Source: an uncultured Rhodothermaceae bacterium (GTDB lineage Bacteria > Bacteroidota > Rhodothermia > Rhodothermales > Salinibacteraceae). Taken from it: a stretch of DNA of 64,000 nucleotides. The number at the start of each line of letters is the position of its first letter. The stretch's first letter is position 1. Positions 17,869 to 28,164 of this stretch are shown in pieces. The notes under the pieces were generated by a model that saw only the letters and a program-made list of their open reading frames with translations, ran no database searches and had not been told where the DNA came from. The stretch lies in assembly GCA_913056335.1 (NCBI GenBank), contig CAJXLX010000002.1, positions 6,526 to 70,525 of the forward strand, read 5' to 3'. The position numbers and the translations under genes are program-made.

Positions 17869-20800
17869 ATGACCGCTGCCCGCACCTACCTCACGTCCTG
17901 TGCCCGCATGCATCAGCTTCCGGGCACAAGGGAGCGCTCGTTCAGCCCCGCGCTTTCCGCACTCCTCAATGCGGTAGGAGAAGACCTGTCGCCGCCCGTT
18001 ACGTGCGTAATGGAGCTTCAGAACCAAGGCGAAGGCCACCCCGACGGCGGACTCTTCACGCCCGACCAACAGGTCGATACCGACAAGGCGTTGTTCGAGG
18101 GCGACACCGGTCCGCTTCCGGCACGCGGCGCCATCGAGGTGAAGCCGCCGACCCGTTCGCTCGATGAGTTAGCCCACTCCGACCAGGTGGCGCGCTACCT
18201 GAAGCGCTACGGCACGGTGCTGCTCACCAACCTGCGGTCCTTCCGCCTTGTGGGCCGTAGCGACACAGACGCCCCGGAAACACTGGAATCATTCACGCTG
18301 ACCGAGACCGAGTCCGCGTTCTGGAATCTCTGCAGCGCGCCGTCAACGCTCGACGACGGCACCGCCGAACGCTTCGAATCCTTCTTGCAGCGCGTGATGC
18401 TGCGGGGCGCGCCGCTGCATCGCCCGGAAGACGTGGCGTGGCTGTTGGCCTCCTACGCCCGCGATGCTAAAATCCGCCTGGATGCCGCTTCGCTGGACGA
18501 CCTCTCGCATCTGCGGGAGGCGCTGGAGGACGCTCTCGGCATTACGTTTTCTGGAAACCGGGGCGAGCGCTTCTTTCGATCCACGATTATCCAGACGCTC
18601 TTCTACGGCGTCTTTTCGGCGTGGGTGCTCTGGCACCGCGAACAGCCCACCCGCACCGATGCGTTCGACTGGTCCGACGCCGCCGAGTACCTGCGCGTCC
18701 CTGTGCTCGAAACGCTCTTCTATCAGCTCGTGCAGCCGAGTCAACTGCGGCGGCTTCAGATCCGCGAACTCCTAAGTCAGGCGGGCGATGCGCTCTCGCG
18801 GGTGGACCGCTCCTCGTTCTTCGACCGCTTCCGGGCCGAGGAGGCCGTGCAGTATTTCTATGAGCCGTTCCTCGAAGCATTTGACCCGGAGTTGCGCAAG
18901 CAGCTGGGCGTATGGTACACGCCCCGCGAAATCGTGCGGTACATGGTGCGGCGTGTGGATACGGTGCTCCGCGAGGAACTGGATATTGCCGATGGGCTGG
19001 CCGACGACCGCGTGACGCTGCTCGATCCCTGCACGGGCACCGCTGCCTATCTGGTGGCCGTCATGGAGCTGCTGGAGGAGCGCTACCGCGAGCAGGGCTA
19101 CGGAGATATGACGGGCGCGGCCGTTAAGAAAGCGATGCGCACCCGCGCCTACGGATTCGAGATCCTCACCGCGCCGTTCGTGGTGGCGCATCTGCAGATC
19201 GGACTCAAACTCGCGCAACTGGGCGCGCCGCTCGAAGACGATGAACGCGCCGGGGTCTACCTCACCAACGCGCTCACCGGATGGGAGCCGCCCGACGAAC
19301 CGCAGGAGATCCTCTTTCCCGAACTCCAGAACGAGCACGACGAGGCCGACTCGGTCAAGCAGGAAGAAGACATTCTGGTGATTCTGGGCAATCCGCCGTA
19401 TGACGGATATGCGGGCATCGCGGTGGATGAGGAGCGCGGACTCTCTGAATCGTACCGCGAGTCGCCCGCAGGCGTGCCCGATCCGCGCGGGCAGGGCCTC
19501 AACGACCTGTACATCCGCTTCTACCGGATGGCCGAGCGCCAGATCGTCGAAAATAACGGACGCGGCGTGGTCTGCTACATCTCGAACTACTCGTGGCTGG
19601 ATGCGCTGTCTCATCCGGGAATGCGTGCCCACTACCTCGATGTCTTTGATCGCATCTGGGTCGATAACCTGCACGGCGACCGAAAAATATCCGAACGGAA
19701 TCCAGATGGTGAATCCAGCCAAACGGTTTTCTCGATTACCGGACAGTCATCGGGGATACGCGTGGGAACGGCCATTGGACTGCTGTGCCGAACCGAAGAT
19801 CACACTGCCAGCACCTCTGCGGATCTGCTCTACCGTGACTTCCATGAAGCCCGCGCCGATGAACGGCGGACTGCACTGGTTCGGAGTCTGGAAAACGAGC
19901 AGGATGGGTACAAGGCACTGGAGCCTAATCCCACACTTGGTCTCCCGTTCAAGCCACGCGCAACGGCTGATAACTACCTCGACTGGCCCAAACTGCCGGA
20001 GCTGTTCCCGACATATTTCCCAGGCGTTACCACAGCCCGTGATAATGCAGTTGTGGATGTAGATCGCAATGCCTTGATGGATCGCATGAAGGCATATTTT
20101 GACCCGGAAATATCGGATGCAGATATTGAGCAGCGATGTGCCCGTCTTATGAAAGGGACAAAGCAGTTTGATGCTAAAACAGCCCGGCGAAAGTTGCAAA
20201 AACGTGGGTTCAACACAGAGCAAGTTGTTCGCTACTGTTACCGTCCGATGGATGTACGCTGGCTCTACTGGGAGCCGGAAACAAAGCTACTGGATCGAGA
20301 ACGTGCCGACTACTTCCCACATGTATTCGAAGGAAACGTGTGGATGAGTGCCGAACAGCGGAATCGAAAAAAGGATTTCTATCTTCCACAAGCTACGTCG
20401 GTGTTAGCTGATTATCATACAGTTGAATCGAACACAGGGCTCTTTCCACTTTACCTCAACCCCGAATCCGGCGGTGGTGACCTGTTCAGCCAGTCCGACG
20501 AGAGCGACGCACCGATCCCTAATCTCTCGCCCCGGGCCGAACGGTACGTGAAGGCGCACAGCGCCTCTGTTGAAACCCTGTTCTACCACAGCATCGCGGT
20601 GATGCATGCGCCCACCTATCGGCAAGAAAACGGAGGCGCGCTTCGCCAGGACTGGCCGCGCATCCCACTGCCTGATGATATCAATGTGCTGCGTGAGAGC
20701 GCCACGCTGGGCCGCACCGTAGCCGCGCTGCTGGATGTAGAGCAGGAGGTTTCCGGCGTAGACACGGGCGCCATCCACGACGAACTGCGCCTGTTGAGCC

Positions 20801-21246
20801 AGCCCGAACACAGCGAGCCGGGGCGCAGTCTGCGCACCAGCGACTTCACCGTTACCGCCGGGTGGGGCTACACCATTGGTGGCACGACCGTAATGCCGAA
20901 CAACGGCACCTTGGAAGAGCGCCCGTACACCCCGGACGAAGAAGCGGCCCTGCCGACGGGCATCCGCGAACAGTGGGGAGCGTCCACGTTCGACATCTAC
21001 TGGAACGCAGAGTGCCGCTGGGCGAACGTGCCCGAGCGCGTGTGGGCGTACACGCTGGGCGGCTACCCCGTCCTCAAGAAATGGCTCAGCTACCGCGAGA
21101 AGAAGGTGCTGGGCCGCGCCCTCACCTTCGACGAAATCCGCCACGTCCAGCACATGACCCGCCGGATTGCCGCCCTGCTCCAACTCAACCCCCGCCTGGA
21201 CGCCAGCTACGACGCGGTGAAGGCGGCGGTGTCCCCGTCAGAATGA
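17869..21246 (+). CDS. Single-polypeptide restriction-modification enzyme (type IIG/IIL-like; N6-adenine MTase with type ISP-like C-terminal specificity domain)
   Basis: N-terminal nuclease PD...IEVK (HPDGGLF...AIEVK); YFYEPFLEAFDP.LRKQLGVWYTP; motif I LDPCTGT; motif IV GNPPY; YRPMD.RW.Y and GGYPVLKKWLSYR C-terminal motifs. ATG 17869 preferred over 17767. Confidence 0.92.
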   Translation: MTAARTYLTSCARMHQLPGTRERSFSPALSALLNAVGEDLSPPVTCVMELQNQGEGHPDGGLFTPDQQVDTDKALFEGDTGPLPARGAIEVKPPTRSLDELAHSDQVARYLKRYGTVLLTNLRSFRLVGRSDTDAPETLESFTLTETESAFWNLCSAPSTLDDGTAERFESFLQRVMLRGAPLHRPEDVAWLLASYARDAKIRLDAASLDDLSHLREALEDALGITFSGNRGERFFRSTIIQTLFYGVFSAWVLWHREQPTRTDAFDWSDAAEYLRVPVLETLFYQLVQPSQLRRLQIRELLSQAGDALSRVDRSSFFDRFRAEEAVQYFYEPFLEAFDPELRKQLGVWYTPREIVRYMVRRVDTVLREELDIADGLADDRVTLLDPCTGTAAYLVAVMELLEERYREQGYGDMTGAAVKKAMRTRAYGFEILTAPFVVAHLQIGLKLAQLGAPLEDDERAGVYLTNALTGWEPPDEPQEILFPELQNEHDEADSVKQEEDILVILGNPPYDGYAGIAVDEERGLSESYRESPAGVPDPRGQGLNDLYIRFYRMAERQIVENNGRGVVCYISNYSWLDALSHPGMRAHYLDVFDRIWVDNLHGDRKISERNPDGESSQTVFSITGQSSGIRVGTAIGLLCRTEDHTASTSADLLYRDFHEARADERRTALVRSLENEQDGYKALEPNPTLGLPFKPRATADNYLDWPKLPELFPTYFPGVTTARDNAVVDVDRNALMDRMKAYFDPEISDADIEQRCARLMKGTKQFDAKTARRKLQKRGFNTEQVVRYCYRPMDVRWLYWEPETKLLDRERADYFPHVFEGNVWMSAEQRNRKKDFYLPQATSVLADYHTVESNTGLFPLYLNPESGGGDLFSQSDESDAPIPNLSPRAERYVKAHSASVETLFYHSIAVMHAPTYRQENGGALRQDWPRIPLPDDINVLRESATLGRTVAALLDVEQEVSGVDTGAIHDELRLLSQPEHSEPGRSLRTSDFTVTAGWGYTIGGTTVMPNNGTLEERPYTPDEEAALPTGIREQWGASTFDIYWNAECRWANVPERVWAYTLGGYPVLKKWLSYREKKVLGRALTFDEIRHVQHMTRRIAALLQLNPRLDASYDAVKAAVSPSE

Positions 21247-21387
21247 GAACCCACGTGCCAAACACTACCCCACTGCAGGTTGGGCGGCATGCGCTTTCCA
21301 AAGGATCGCAGCGCCGTCCTGCACGCCCGGCACGCTCCCGGCCCATACCACGCGCAGCCTCACTGCAAGCCCGTCCGCAAAGCCGGT

Positions 21388-21787
21388 CTACACCGTTGCC
21401 GCGTGCACCGGGGCAGCGGCGTGGCCCCAATAGGCATCGAACGCGCGTGCAATGGAGCGGATGAGCAAGCGCCCCGGCGGCTGCACGTGCAGCGCATCGT
21501 CGGTGCGGATGAGGAGGCCATCGGCTTCGAGCGGAGCCAGACGCCTCCACGTATCGGCAAACACATCGTCGAAGTCCATGCCAAAGCGTGTGGATACAGC
21601 GTCCTTGTCAAGATGAAAGCTGCACATCAGCTGCATGATGACGTGGCGGCGGAGCTGGTCGTCGGGCGAGAGGCGCACGCCCCGAAACACGGTCGGGATG
21701 TCGCCCTGGGCAACGCGCTCGTAGTAGGCGGGCAGCGCCTTCAGGTTCTGGGCGTAGGCGGCGTGCGCATCTCCCCGTAACTGGTAC
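21388..21787 (-). pseudogene. hemN: C-terminal remnant of oxygen-independent coproporphyrinogen III oxidase HemN
   Basis: AYAQNLK.L..YY..V..G..P..RG..LS.DD.LRR.VI..LMC...GRLLIR.IA..FDAY matches the HemN tail; the radical-SAM CxxxCxxC domain is absent. Confidence 0.8.
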
Positions 21788-22003
21788 GGCGGGATGCATA
21801 AGCAAGAAGCCCACGGCCGCGCCCCGATGCTGCCATGCGAACACCGATGCGCGGTGTGGGGCATTCATCTACACAGGCAGAACCATGCTTCGAGGTTAGA
21901 TCGGACCGGGGTTAAACGAGCCGTTCGATTTCTAATTAACGAGTACATAGAGCCTCAACGCGATAAAAGCGCTTACGCACGTTCACAGTTTGATCGTATT
22001 TGC

Positions 22004-22032
22004 TTGACATTTAGTTTATACGTTCCTACACT
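22004..22032 (+). promoter_or_regulatory. Sigma70-like promoter upstream of susC
   Basis: TTGACA (22004-22009), 17-bp spacer, TACACT (22027-22032) in an AT-rich intergenic tract. Confidence 0.55.
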
Positions 22033-22232
22033 TCTATTCACAAAAGGCGCATACTACTGTGCTTTACGGCGATAGCCCTCTTGCCGAGGTCGACGCCGCA
22101 GGAAGTACGTATATCGCGTCTTTTCTGGCAGCCCCACCGTGTCCGCATGCGAACGTCCCTCGTTCCTGTACGACCCGTTTCTTCGGGCTGCACCTGTTCG
22201 TATGTTCTGCACAGACTGCCTGTCACTCCATT

Positions 22233-25200
22233 ATGCACGACCGATACCTGATGCGCCATGCCGGGGCATGGTTGATGTTGCTCGCCTTACTGAGTTGGCC
22301 CACCCTGGCCGCCGCTCAAACGACGGTCGAAGGCACCGTCATCGACGCTGAAGACGAATCGCCCCTTCCGGGCGTAAACGTGCGGGTCCAGAACACGCAG
22401 ATTGGCGCGCTCACCGATGCCGATGGGCAGTTCACGATTGAGCTTCCGGAGGGACGCCGCACTCTCATCTTTTCGTTTGTGGGCTTTGCCACCCAGGAGG
22501 TCACCGTACCCGAAGGCGAAACCACGATTGAGGTGGCCATGGCGCCCGATGTGGTCGGGCTCGACGAGGTCGTGGTTACCGGACTCGCCTCGTCGATTGC
22601 GCGTGAGAACCTTGCCAACGCGGTTACCACCATCAATGCGGAGGACATTGCGGGTACTGTTGACCCGGCAACGCTTGACGGTGCGATGCAGGGCAAGCTA
22701 GCTGGCGTTGATATTACATCACAGAGCGGAGCCCCTGGGGGCGGGATCAACGTGCAAATGCGCGGGATCAGCACGCTGGGTGCCGGTTCCTCGCAGCCAC
22801 TCTACATCATCGACGGCGTTTACGTCAACAACGCCCAGATCTCGACCGGCCGCTCCTCAATCGACGGAGCTGGTGGGGCCAGCCAGGATAACTCGGCCAA
22901 CCGCTTGGCCGACCTAAACCCTGACGAGATCGAAAGTCTGGAGGTCCTGAAAGGCCCCTCTGCTGCGGCTATTTACGGGCAGCGGGCCAATGCTGGCGTG
23001 GTCATTATCACCACCAAGCGTGGACAGGGCGGGCGCACGCGCGTCAACTTCTCGCAGGACCTCGGTGCGGTATCAGCGCTGAATCTTCTTGGCGTGGCGT
23101 CGTGGAGCGAAGAGAAAATCGACCTCATTTATGGCGAAGGTACTCCTGCTGCCGAGCGCGAGAAAGAGCGCTTCAACCAAGCGCAGCAGAACGGCAACCT
23201 CTTCGACTATGAGGAAGAGCTCTATGGCAATGTGGGGCTGACGCGTAACACCCAGCTTGAGATTTCTGGCGGCAATCAGCAGACGCAGTTTTTTGTGGCC
23301 GGCGGACTTAAGGACGAAGAGGGGATTATTGAAAACACCGGCTTCGCCCGCCGCACGGTCCGCGCCAATCTGGATCATCGCCTGAGCGACCGGGTGCGTG
23401 TTTCTTCACGATCGAACTACATCTACAGCGACTCCGATCGCGGATTTACGGGCAACCAAAACTCAACCGGCGGCTCGGTAGGATACACGCTGGCGTACAC
23501 GCCAACCTACGCCCAACTGCAGCCGGATGAAGACGGCAACTACCCCGATAACCCATACTTCGCCGAAAACCCGCTCCGCCTGGTCAATGAAGCAACTAAC
23601 AACCAGGAGGTCAGTCGTTTTCTGCAGTCGTTTTCGCTGAACGCAGATCTGCTGCAACGCGATAACGCCACCCTGTCGCTGGACGTGAACGGCGGCCTGG
23701 ATTACCTGAACAGCAACAGTACGGTGTATTTTCCGCCGTTCTTTCAATTTCAGCAGGCCCAGTCGAACCCGGGCGATGTGATTCAGGGCAAGGAAGACAA
23801 CTTCAACACGAATATGCAGGGCTTCCTCGTCTACAACCATACGTTGGAGTCGGGCGCTGGCTCGTTCAATCTAACAACGCAGGGCGGCTTTACGCGCTTC
23901 ACGCAGAACGAGAACCGGCAGTTGGTGCGCGGGCGCGGCCTGGCTCCAGGTCAACTCAACCCGCTTAATGGGCAGATCCAGGAGATCTTCTCTCAGCAGT
24001 TTGTAGAAGTGGTCGACATCGGCTATGTCGGCCAGCAGGAAGTAAACTGGGATGACCGCCTGATTGGAACCGTTGGGGCGCGCTTTGATCGCTCCACGCT
24101 CAATGCGAGTCAAGATCAATTTTACTTCTATCCGAAGGGCTCCCTGGCAATCAACCTGCATAACTTTGACTTCTGGGGCTTCGACGCGATCAGCCAGATG
24201 AAGCTGCGCACGGCCTATGGGGAAACAGGCGGCCTGCCCCAGTTCTGGGCCACCTTCTCGGCACTCAATAGCGTCAATATTGGAGGCGGGCTGGGCTCTA
24301 CAATCTCAACACGAGGTGTCGACCCCGACCTCGACCCCGAGCGTGCCCGTGAGTTAGAATTCGGCGCCGATATGAGTGCTTTCGACGGGCGGGCGTCTCT
24401 TGAGGCAACCTATTATCGCAAAACCGTGGACGATATTATCCTTGACCGGGAGAACCCCGTGTCAACCGGTATCACCACGATTGCAACCAATGCTGGAACG
24501 CTCCGAAACACCGGTGTCGAACTGGGGCTGAGCGTCTTGCCCGTGCGCCGCGATAACTTCAGCTGGTCCTCACGGACGCTTTTCTGGAGCAACACGTCGG
24601 AGATGACGGAGCTGACAATTCCCGCCTTTACGACAGGAGGCTTTGGCGCCGCGCTTGGTACGTACTACATCGGCGAGGGCTTTTCGCCCACAACGATTGT
24701 TGGCACGCCCGCCACGCCCGATGCCGAGGCTCCGTTCACGGTCTACGGCGACGCCCAACCCGACTTCCAGATGTCGTTCTCCAACTCGTTCACCCTGTTC
24801 GATAACCTGGAGTTCAGCTTCCTGCTGCATTGGAGCCAGGGCGGCGAGAACATTAACTTGTCGCGGTTCCTCTCTGACATTGGCGGTACGACCGATGACT
24901 GGAACGAAGACCACGACAACGACGGCGTACCCAACGGCCTCGATCGTACCGACATGTTCGGACCCGGCGCGGCGCAGTTTGTGGAAGACGCCAGCTACGT
25001 GAAGTTACGCGAGGCTTCGGTGTATTACACGCTCCCAAGCAGCATCCTCGACAGCGCCTTCAACGGGGTACTGCGCAGCGTGGAAATAGGGATGTCCGGG
25101 TCTAACCTCTTGCTGTTTAGCGACTACGGCAGCTACGACCCCGAGGTCTCGGTCTTTGGGACGCAAGCTGTAGCCCAGTCTGTGGAGGTGACGCCGTATC

Positions 25201-25244
25201 CCAGTTCGCGACGCCTTACGTTCCACCTGCGGCTTGAATACTAA
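22233..25244 (+). CDS. susC: SusC/RagA family TonB-dependent outer membrane receptor
   Basis: Signal peptide; CarboxypepD_reg-like N-domain (LPGVNV...TDADGQF); LDEVVVTG; PLYIIDG; LNPDEIESLEVLKGPSAAAIYGQRANAGVVIITTKRG; C-terminal aromatic residue. Start 22233 or 22251. Confidence 0.95.
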   Translation: MHDRYLMRHAGAWLMLLALLSWPTLAAAQTTVEGTVIDAEDESPLPGVNVRVQNTQIGALTDADGQFTIELPEGRRTLIFSFVGFATQEVTVPEGETTIEVAMAPDVVGLDEVVVTGLASSIARENLANAVTTINAEDIAGTVDPATLDGAMQGKLAGVDITSQSGAPGGGINVQMRGISTLGAGSSQPLYIIDGVYVNNAQISTGRSSIDGAGGASQDNSANRLADLNPDEIESLEVLKGPSAAAIYGQRANAGVVIITTKRGQGGRTRVNFSQDLGAVSALNLLGVASWSEEKIDLIYGEGTPAAEREKERFNQAQQNGNLFDYEEELYGNVGLTRNTQLEISGGNQQTQFFVAGGLKDEEGIIENTGFARRTVRANLDHRLSDRVRVSSRSNYIYSDSDRGFTGNQNSTGGSVGYTLAYTPTYAQLQPDEDGNYPDNPYFAENPLRLVNEATNNQEVSRFLQSFSLNADLLQRDNATLSLDVNGGLDYLNSNSTVYFPPFFQFQQAQSNPGDVIQGKEDNFNTNMQGFLVYNHTLESGAGSFNLTTQGGFTRFTQNENRQLVRGRGLAPGQLNPLNGQIQEIFSQQFVEVVDIGYVGQQEVNWDDRLIGTVGARFDRSTLNASQDQFYFYPKGSLAINLHNFDFWGFDAISQMKLRTAYGETGGLPQFWATFSALNSVNIGGGLGSTISTRGVDPDLDPERARELEFGADMSAFDGRASLEATYYRKTVDDIILDRENPVSTGITTIATNAGTLRNTGVELGLSVLPVRRDNFSWSSRTLFWSNTSEMTELTIPAFTTGGFGAALGTYYIGEGFSPTTIVGTPATPDAEAPFTVYGDAQPDFQMSFSNSFTLFDNLEFSFLLHWSQGGENINLSRFLSDIGGTTDDWNEDHDNDGVPNGLDRTDMFGPGAAQFVEDASYVKLREASVYYTLPSSILDSAFNGVLRSVEIGMSGSNLLLFSDYGSYDPEVSVFGTQAVAQSVEVTPYPSSRRLTFHLRLEY

Positions 25245-25294
25245 TGCGTCGCCGGTCTCGCCCTCTTTCTACGCTTTTGATGAGACTCAGTCCT

Positions 25295-26659
25295 ATGAAA
25301 CGTTTCGTATACCCCGTGTGCTTTATCGCACTTATGACTGTCACTCTTGCAGCCTGTGACTTCTTTGACCCGGGCACCGTCACCGACCCGAACAGCCCCT
25401 CTACCGATGCCGTGCGCAGCGGGGCGAGCCAGAGCGAGCTTCAGAACTTGGTGACGGGCCTCGAAGCCCGTCATCGCACCGCTCCGCCTAACGTAACCGA
25501 ACTCTACGGCTCATTCGGGCGCGAAGTATATGCCACGTTTGCGTCGGATCCACGCTTTGTCACAAACTGGCTCGGCCAGAACGATGTCACGCCCGATGCC
25601 GAGTTCTTCGCCGACGGTAGCGCCTTCGATACGCCCTACGCCGCTATTAGGCAAGGCAACTTTCTGATCGAAGCAGTCAGCAATACCAATGCTGTCGATG
25701 AGCAGGAGCGCAACGGATACATCGGCTTTGCCCAAACAATCCAGGCCTATCAGTATCTAATCGCACTCAATGGCCAATGGCGTGGCCCCGATCGCAGTCC
25801 TCCCGGCTCGATTCGTATTGATGTCGTCGACCCGCTCAACCCCGGGCCGTTCCTCAGCTACGACGATGCGCTTGCTGAAATCCGCGGCCTCCTTGACGAG
25901 GCCAATACCCAGTTGGGTAACGCCGGCAGCGAATTCGCTTTTACGCTCTCGGGCGGCTTTGCAGGATTCGACACCCCTGCAACTATGCAGGAGCTCAACC
26001 GGGCCATTGCCGCTCGGGCCGCGATTTACGCCGACGACTGGACGGGCGCGCTCGATGCGCTTGATGCTTCGTTTCTATCGCTCGAACCCGGTGAAGCCAG
26101 CATGAACGAGGGGGCCTACCATGTCTTTGGCGCTCCACCAGATCAGTTTAATCCGCTGTTCTACCCGCGCAACGCAAATACCAATCAGATTCTGATGGTG
26201 CATCCCTCAATGATTGACGATGCCCTTCCGGGTGACCTCCGCGTGGAGAACAAGTTCTTTGAACGTGATGAACCTATCACAAACGGCGATCTGCCGGGGG
26301 TTGAGCTGTTCTACCAGGACAACCGATACGAGACGAACGAGTCGCCCATTCCATTCATGCGTAACGAAGAGCTCATTCTCGTGTACGCAGAAGCCCAAAC
26401 CCAGACCGGTAACTTCAGCGAGGCGATTGATGCGATCGACATTATCCGTGAGACCTGGGAGTTGGATACGTACGACGGGGCATCCAGCGAAACAGCTCTG
26501 ATCGATGAGATCCTGTTCCAGCGCCGCTATTCGCTCTGGGCCGAGGGAGGCCACCGCTGGATTGATGCCCGGCGCTATGATCGTCTCGATGAGATTCCAA
26601 CTGAACTGGATGGAGGCCAAGTCTTCGAGAAGCTGGCGCGCCCCCTTAGCGAACGGTAA
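25295..26659 (+). CDS. susD: SusD/RagB family lipoprotein
   Basis: Lipobox TLAAC; RNEELILVYAEA and EILFQRRYSLWAEGGHRWIDARR motifs; directly after susC. Confidence 0.93.
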   Translation: MKRFVYPVCFIALMTVTLAACDFFDPGTVTDPNSPSTDAVRSGASQSELQNLVTGLEARHRTAPPNVTELYGSFGREVYATFASDPRFVTNWLGQNDVTPDAEFFADGSAFDTPYAAIRQGNFLIEAVSNTNAVDEQERNGYIGFAQTIQAYQYLIALNGQWRGPDRSPPGSIRIDVVDPLNPGPFLSYDDALAEIRGLLDEANTQLGNAGSEFAFTLSGGFAGFDTPATMQELNRAIAARAAIYADDWTGALDALDASFLSLEPGEASMNEGAYHVFGAPPDQFNPLFYPRNANTNQILMVHPSMIDDALPGDLRVENKFFERDEPITNGDLPGVELFYQDNRYETNESPIPFMRNEELILVYAEAQTQTGNFSEAIDAIDIIRETWELDTYDGASSETALIDEILFQRRYSLWAEGGHRWIDARRYDRLDEIPTELDGGQVFEKLARPLSER

Positions 26660-26721
26660 CGCTCCGCAACCAGCGAGAATCTGTAGCCGCCTGCTGCACT
26701 GGATCCCCCTACCTAACAAAC

Positions 26722-26759
26722 ACCGCCCCACGCACGCCGAGGTGCTTACGTGGGGCGGT
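26722..26759. terminator. Hairpin between convergent genes
   Basis: accgccccacg...cgtggggcggt, an 11-bp inverted repeat. Confidence 0.6.
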
Positions 26760-26800
26760 TGCCATGTGGGTTGCGTTCGCCGCTTCATGCGTAGCGCGTG

Positions 26801-27460
26801 CTACGTATTCTCGCTCTTATGCGTGGGGGCGGTGTCTTCGTACCCCCATGAGGCGGGCGGCGGATCGACGGGCTCGGTAAGGTCGAATGCAATTTCGTAG
26901 CGCGCGCCTGTGTTCTCGCGAACCAGGATATACGTGTACGCCTCGTTGGTCACCTCCACCCTCCACACGTTCGAGGCCGCAGCAGGCAACAGGTCGGCAG
27001 TAAACGCGTCGGCGGGAAAGGACTGGCGCGTGGCGGTGCCGTCGTCGTCGGTGTCCCCGCCGTACTGTGTGATTTCGTCTTCGGAGCCATCGTCGTGGCG
27101 GTGATCGTGCTTCAGGCGCAGCCCATCGTCCGTCTGGCTGATGATCCAGGTGCGGGAGCGATCCTCGCCCACATGAAAGGGGATGCGAATTTCGTCGCCG
27201 AAGCACTGACGCACATGCATCACCAGAGTCGCGTCTGCAAAGGTGTCATCACCCTCAGGCGCATCGAGCGCAGTGCCCGCAAATGCCTGTCCGCAGAGTG
27301 ACTCTAACTTGCTCCAGAAGGCGCCCTGAGGCGATGCGACAGCGGCAGACGCCGTGGCTGTAGTGTCGGGGATCGTGTCGCTGTTGGGGGGCGGTGTATC
27401 GTTGGCGCATCCAGCCCAACACAGCGCAGTAACGAGAACGATATAGCGGAGGTATGACAT
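26801..27460 (-). CDS. Conserved hypothetical lipoprotein
   Basis: Lipobox-like WAGC; LVMHVRQC..EIRIPFHVGEDRSRTW..LRLKHDHRH.DG...TQYGG motif of a widespread uncharacterised secreted family. Confidence 0.8.
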   Translation of the reverse strand: MSYLRYIVLVTALCWAGCANDTPPPNSDTIPDTTATASAAVASPQGAFWSKLESLCGQAFAGTALDAPEGDDTFADATLVMHVRQCFGDEIRIPFHVGEDRSRTWIISQTDDGLRLKHDHRHDDGSEDEITQYGGDTDDDGTATRQSFPADAFTADLLPAAASNVWRVEVTNEAYTYILVRENTGARYEIAFDLTEPVDPPPASWGYEDTAPTHKSENT

Positions 27461-27495
27461 CAGCACGGGAGAATATGAGGTAGAGCCGTTTCAGA

Positions 27496-28164
27496 TTATG
27501 GGCGACGAACGGTCGACACGCTGTCCCGGTCAATGGCGACAATCGTACCCAGCCGCCCTATGAAATCCTGATACGCGGCTACGGTTGAATCCTCGGCCAG
27601 ACCGTTTTGCATCAGGTCGAATGCAGCGGTGTAGTCACGCTGGGCTGCAAGCGCCTCGGCGCGGCGTTTGAGGCGCTGCGCATAGTCCGACGGGTCTACA
27701 TCGAACGTAGGACGCGGCATGGGAGCCGCCGCCTGCTGGCGCGCCAGCACTTCGTAGTTGTGGCGGGCGTCATTGTGGGTCGGGTCCAAAAGCAACGTAG
27801 CCCGGTAGTGCACAAGCGCCGCATCCGTGTCGCCCGTGCGGGCTGCGTTCGTACCCCGGTTGTAGCGGATACGCACGCGCTCAACCATGCTGCGAGCATA
27901 TTCTTGGGCCACGGCGAACACCGAATCGGCCTGCACATACGCCTCCTGCTGATACAGCGCCGCCGCCCAGTTGTGATGGAGCGCTGCATAGCGGGTGCTG
28001 TCGCGTGGATCCGTCTGTGCAATGCCGGCCTGAAATGCCGCCTCGGCTTCCGCAAAGGCTCCGCGTTCGTAGAGCGTGTTGCCCCGCCGCCCTTCCGCGT
28101 CTCCACCCGACGTCCAGAGCGCACTCACCAGTACCGGAAGGAGCAGCCAGCGGAGGAGCGTCAT
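27496..28164 (-). CDS. TPR protein, BatC-like
   Basis: GNTLYERGAFAEA, YNRGT, LLLDPTHNDARHNYE; ATGA overlap with the upstream vWA gene. Confidence 0.85.
   Translation of the reverse strand: MTLLRWLLLPVLVSALWTSGGDAEGRRGNTLYERGAFAEAEAAFQAGIAQTDPRDSTRYAALHHNWAAALYQQEAYVQADSVFAVAQEYARSMVERVRIRYNRGTNAARTGDTDAALVHYRATLLLDPTHNDARHNYEVLARQQAAAPMPRPTFDVDPSDYAQRLKRRAEALAAQRDYTAAFDLMQNGLAEDSTVAAYQDFIGRLGTIVAIDRDSVSTVRRP

Noticed and set aside
17869-21246. True type ISP enzyme or BREX PglX
   Set aside because: No SF2 helicase motifs in the protein and no brx/pgl genes nearby.
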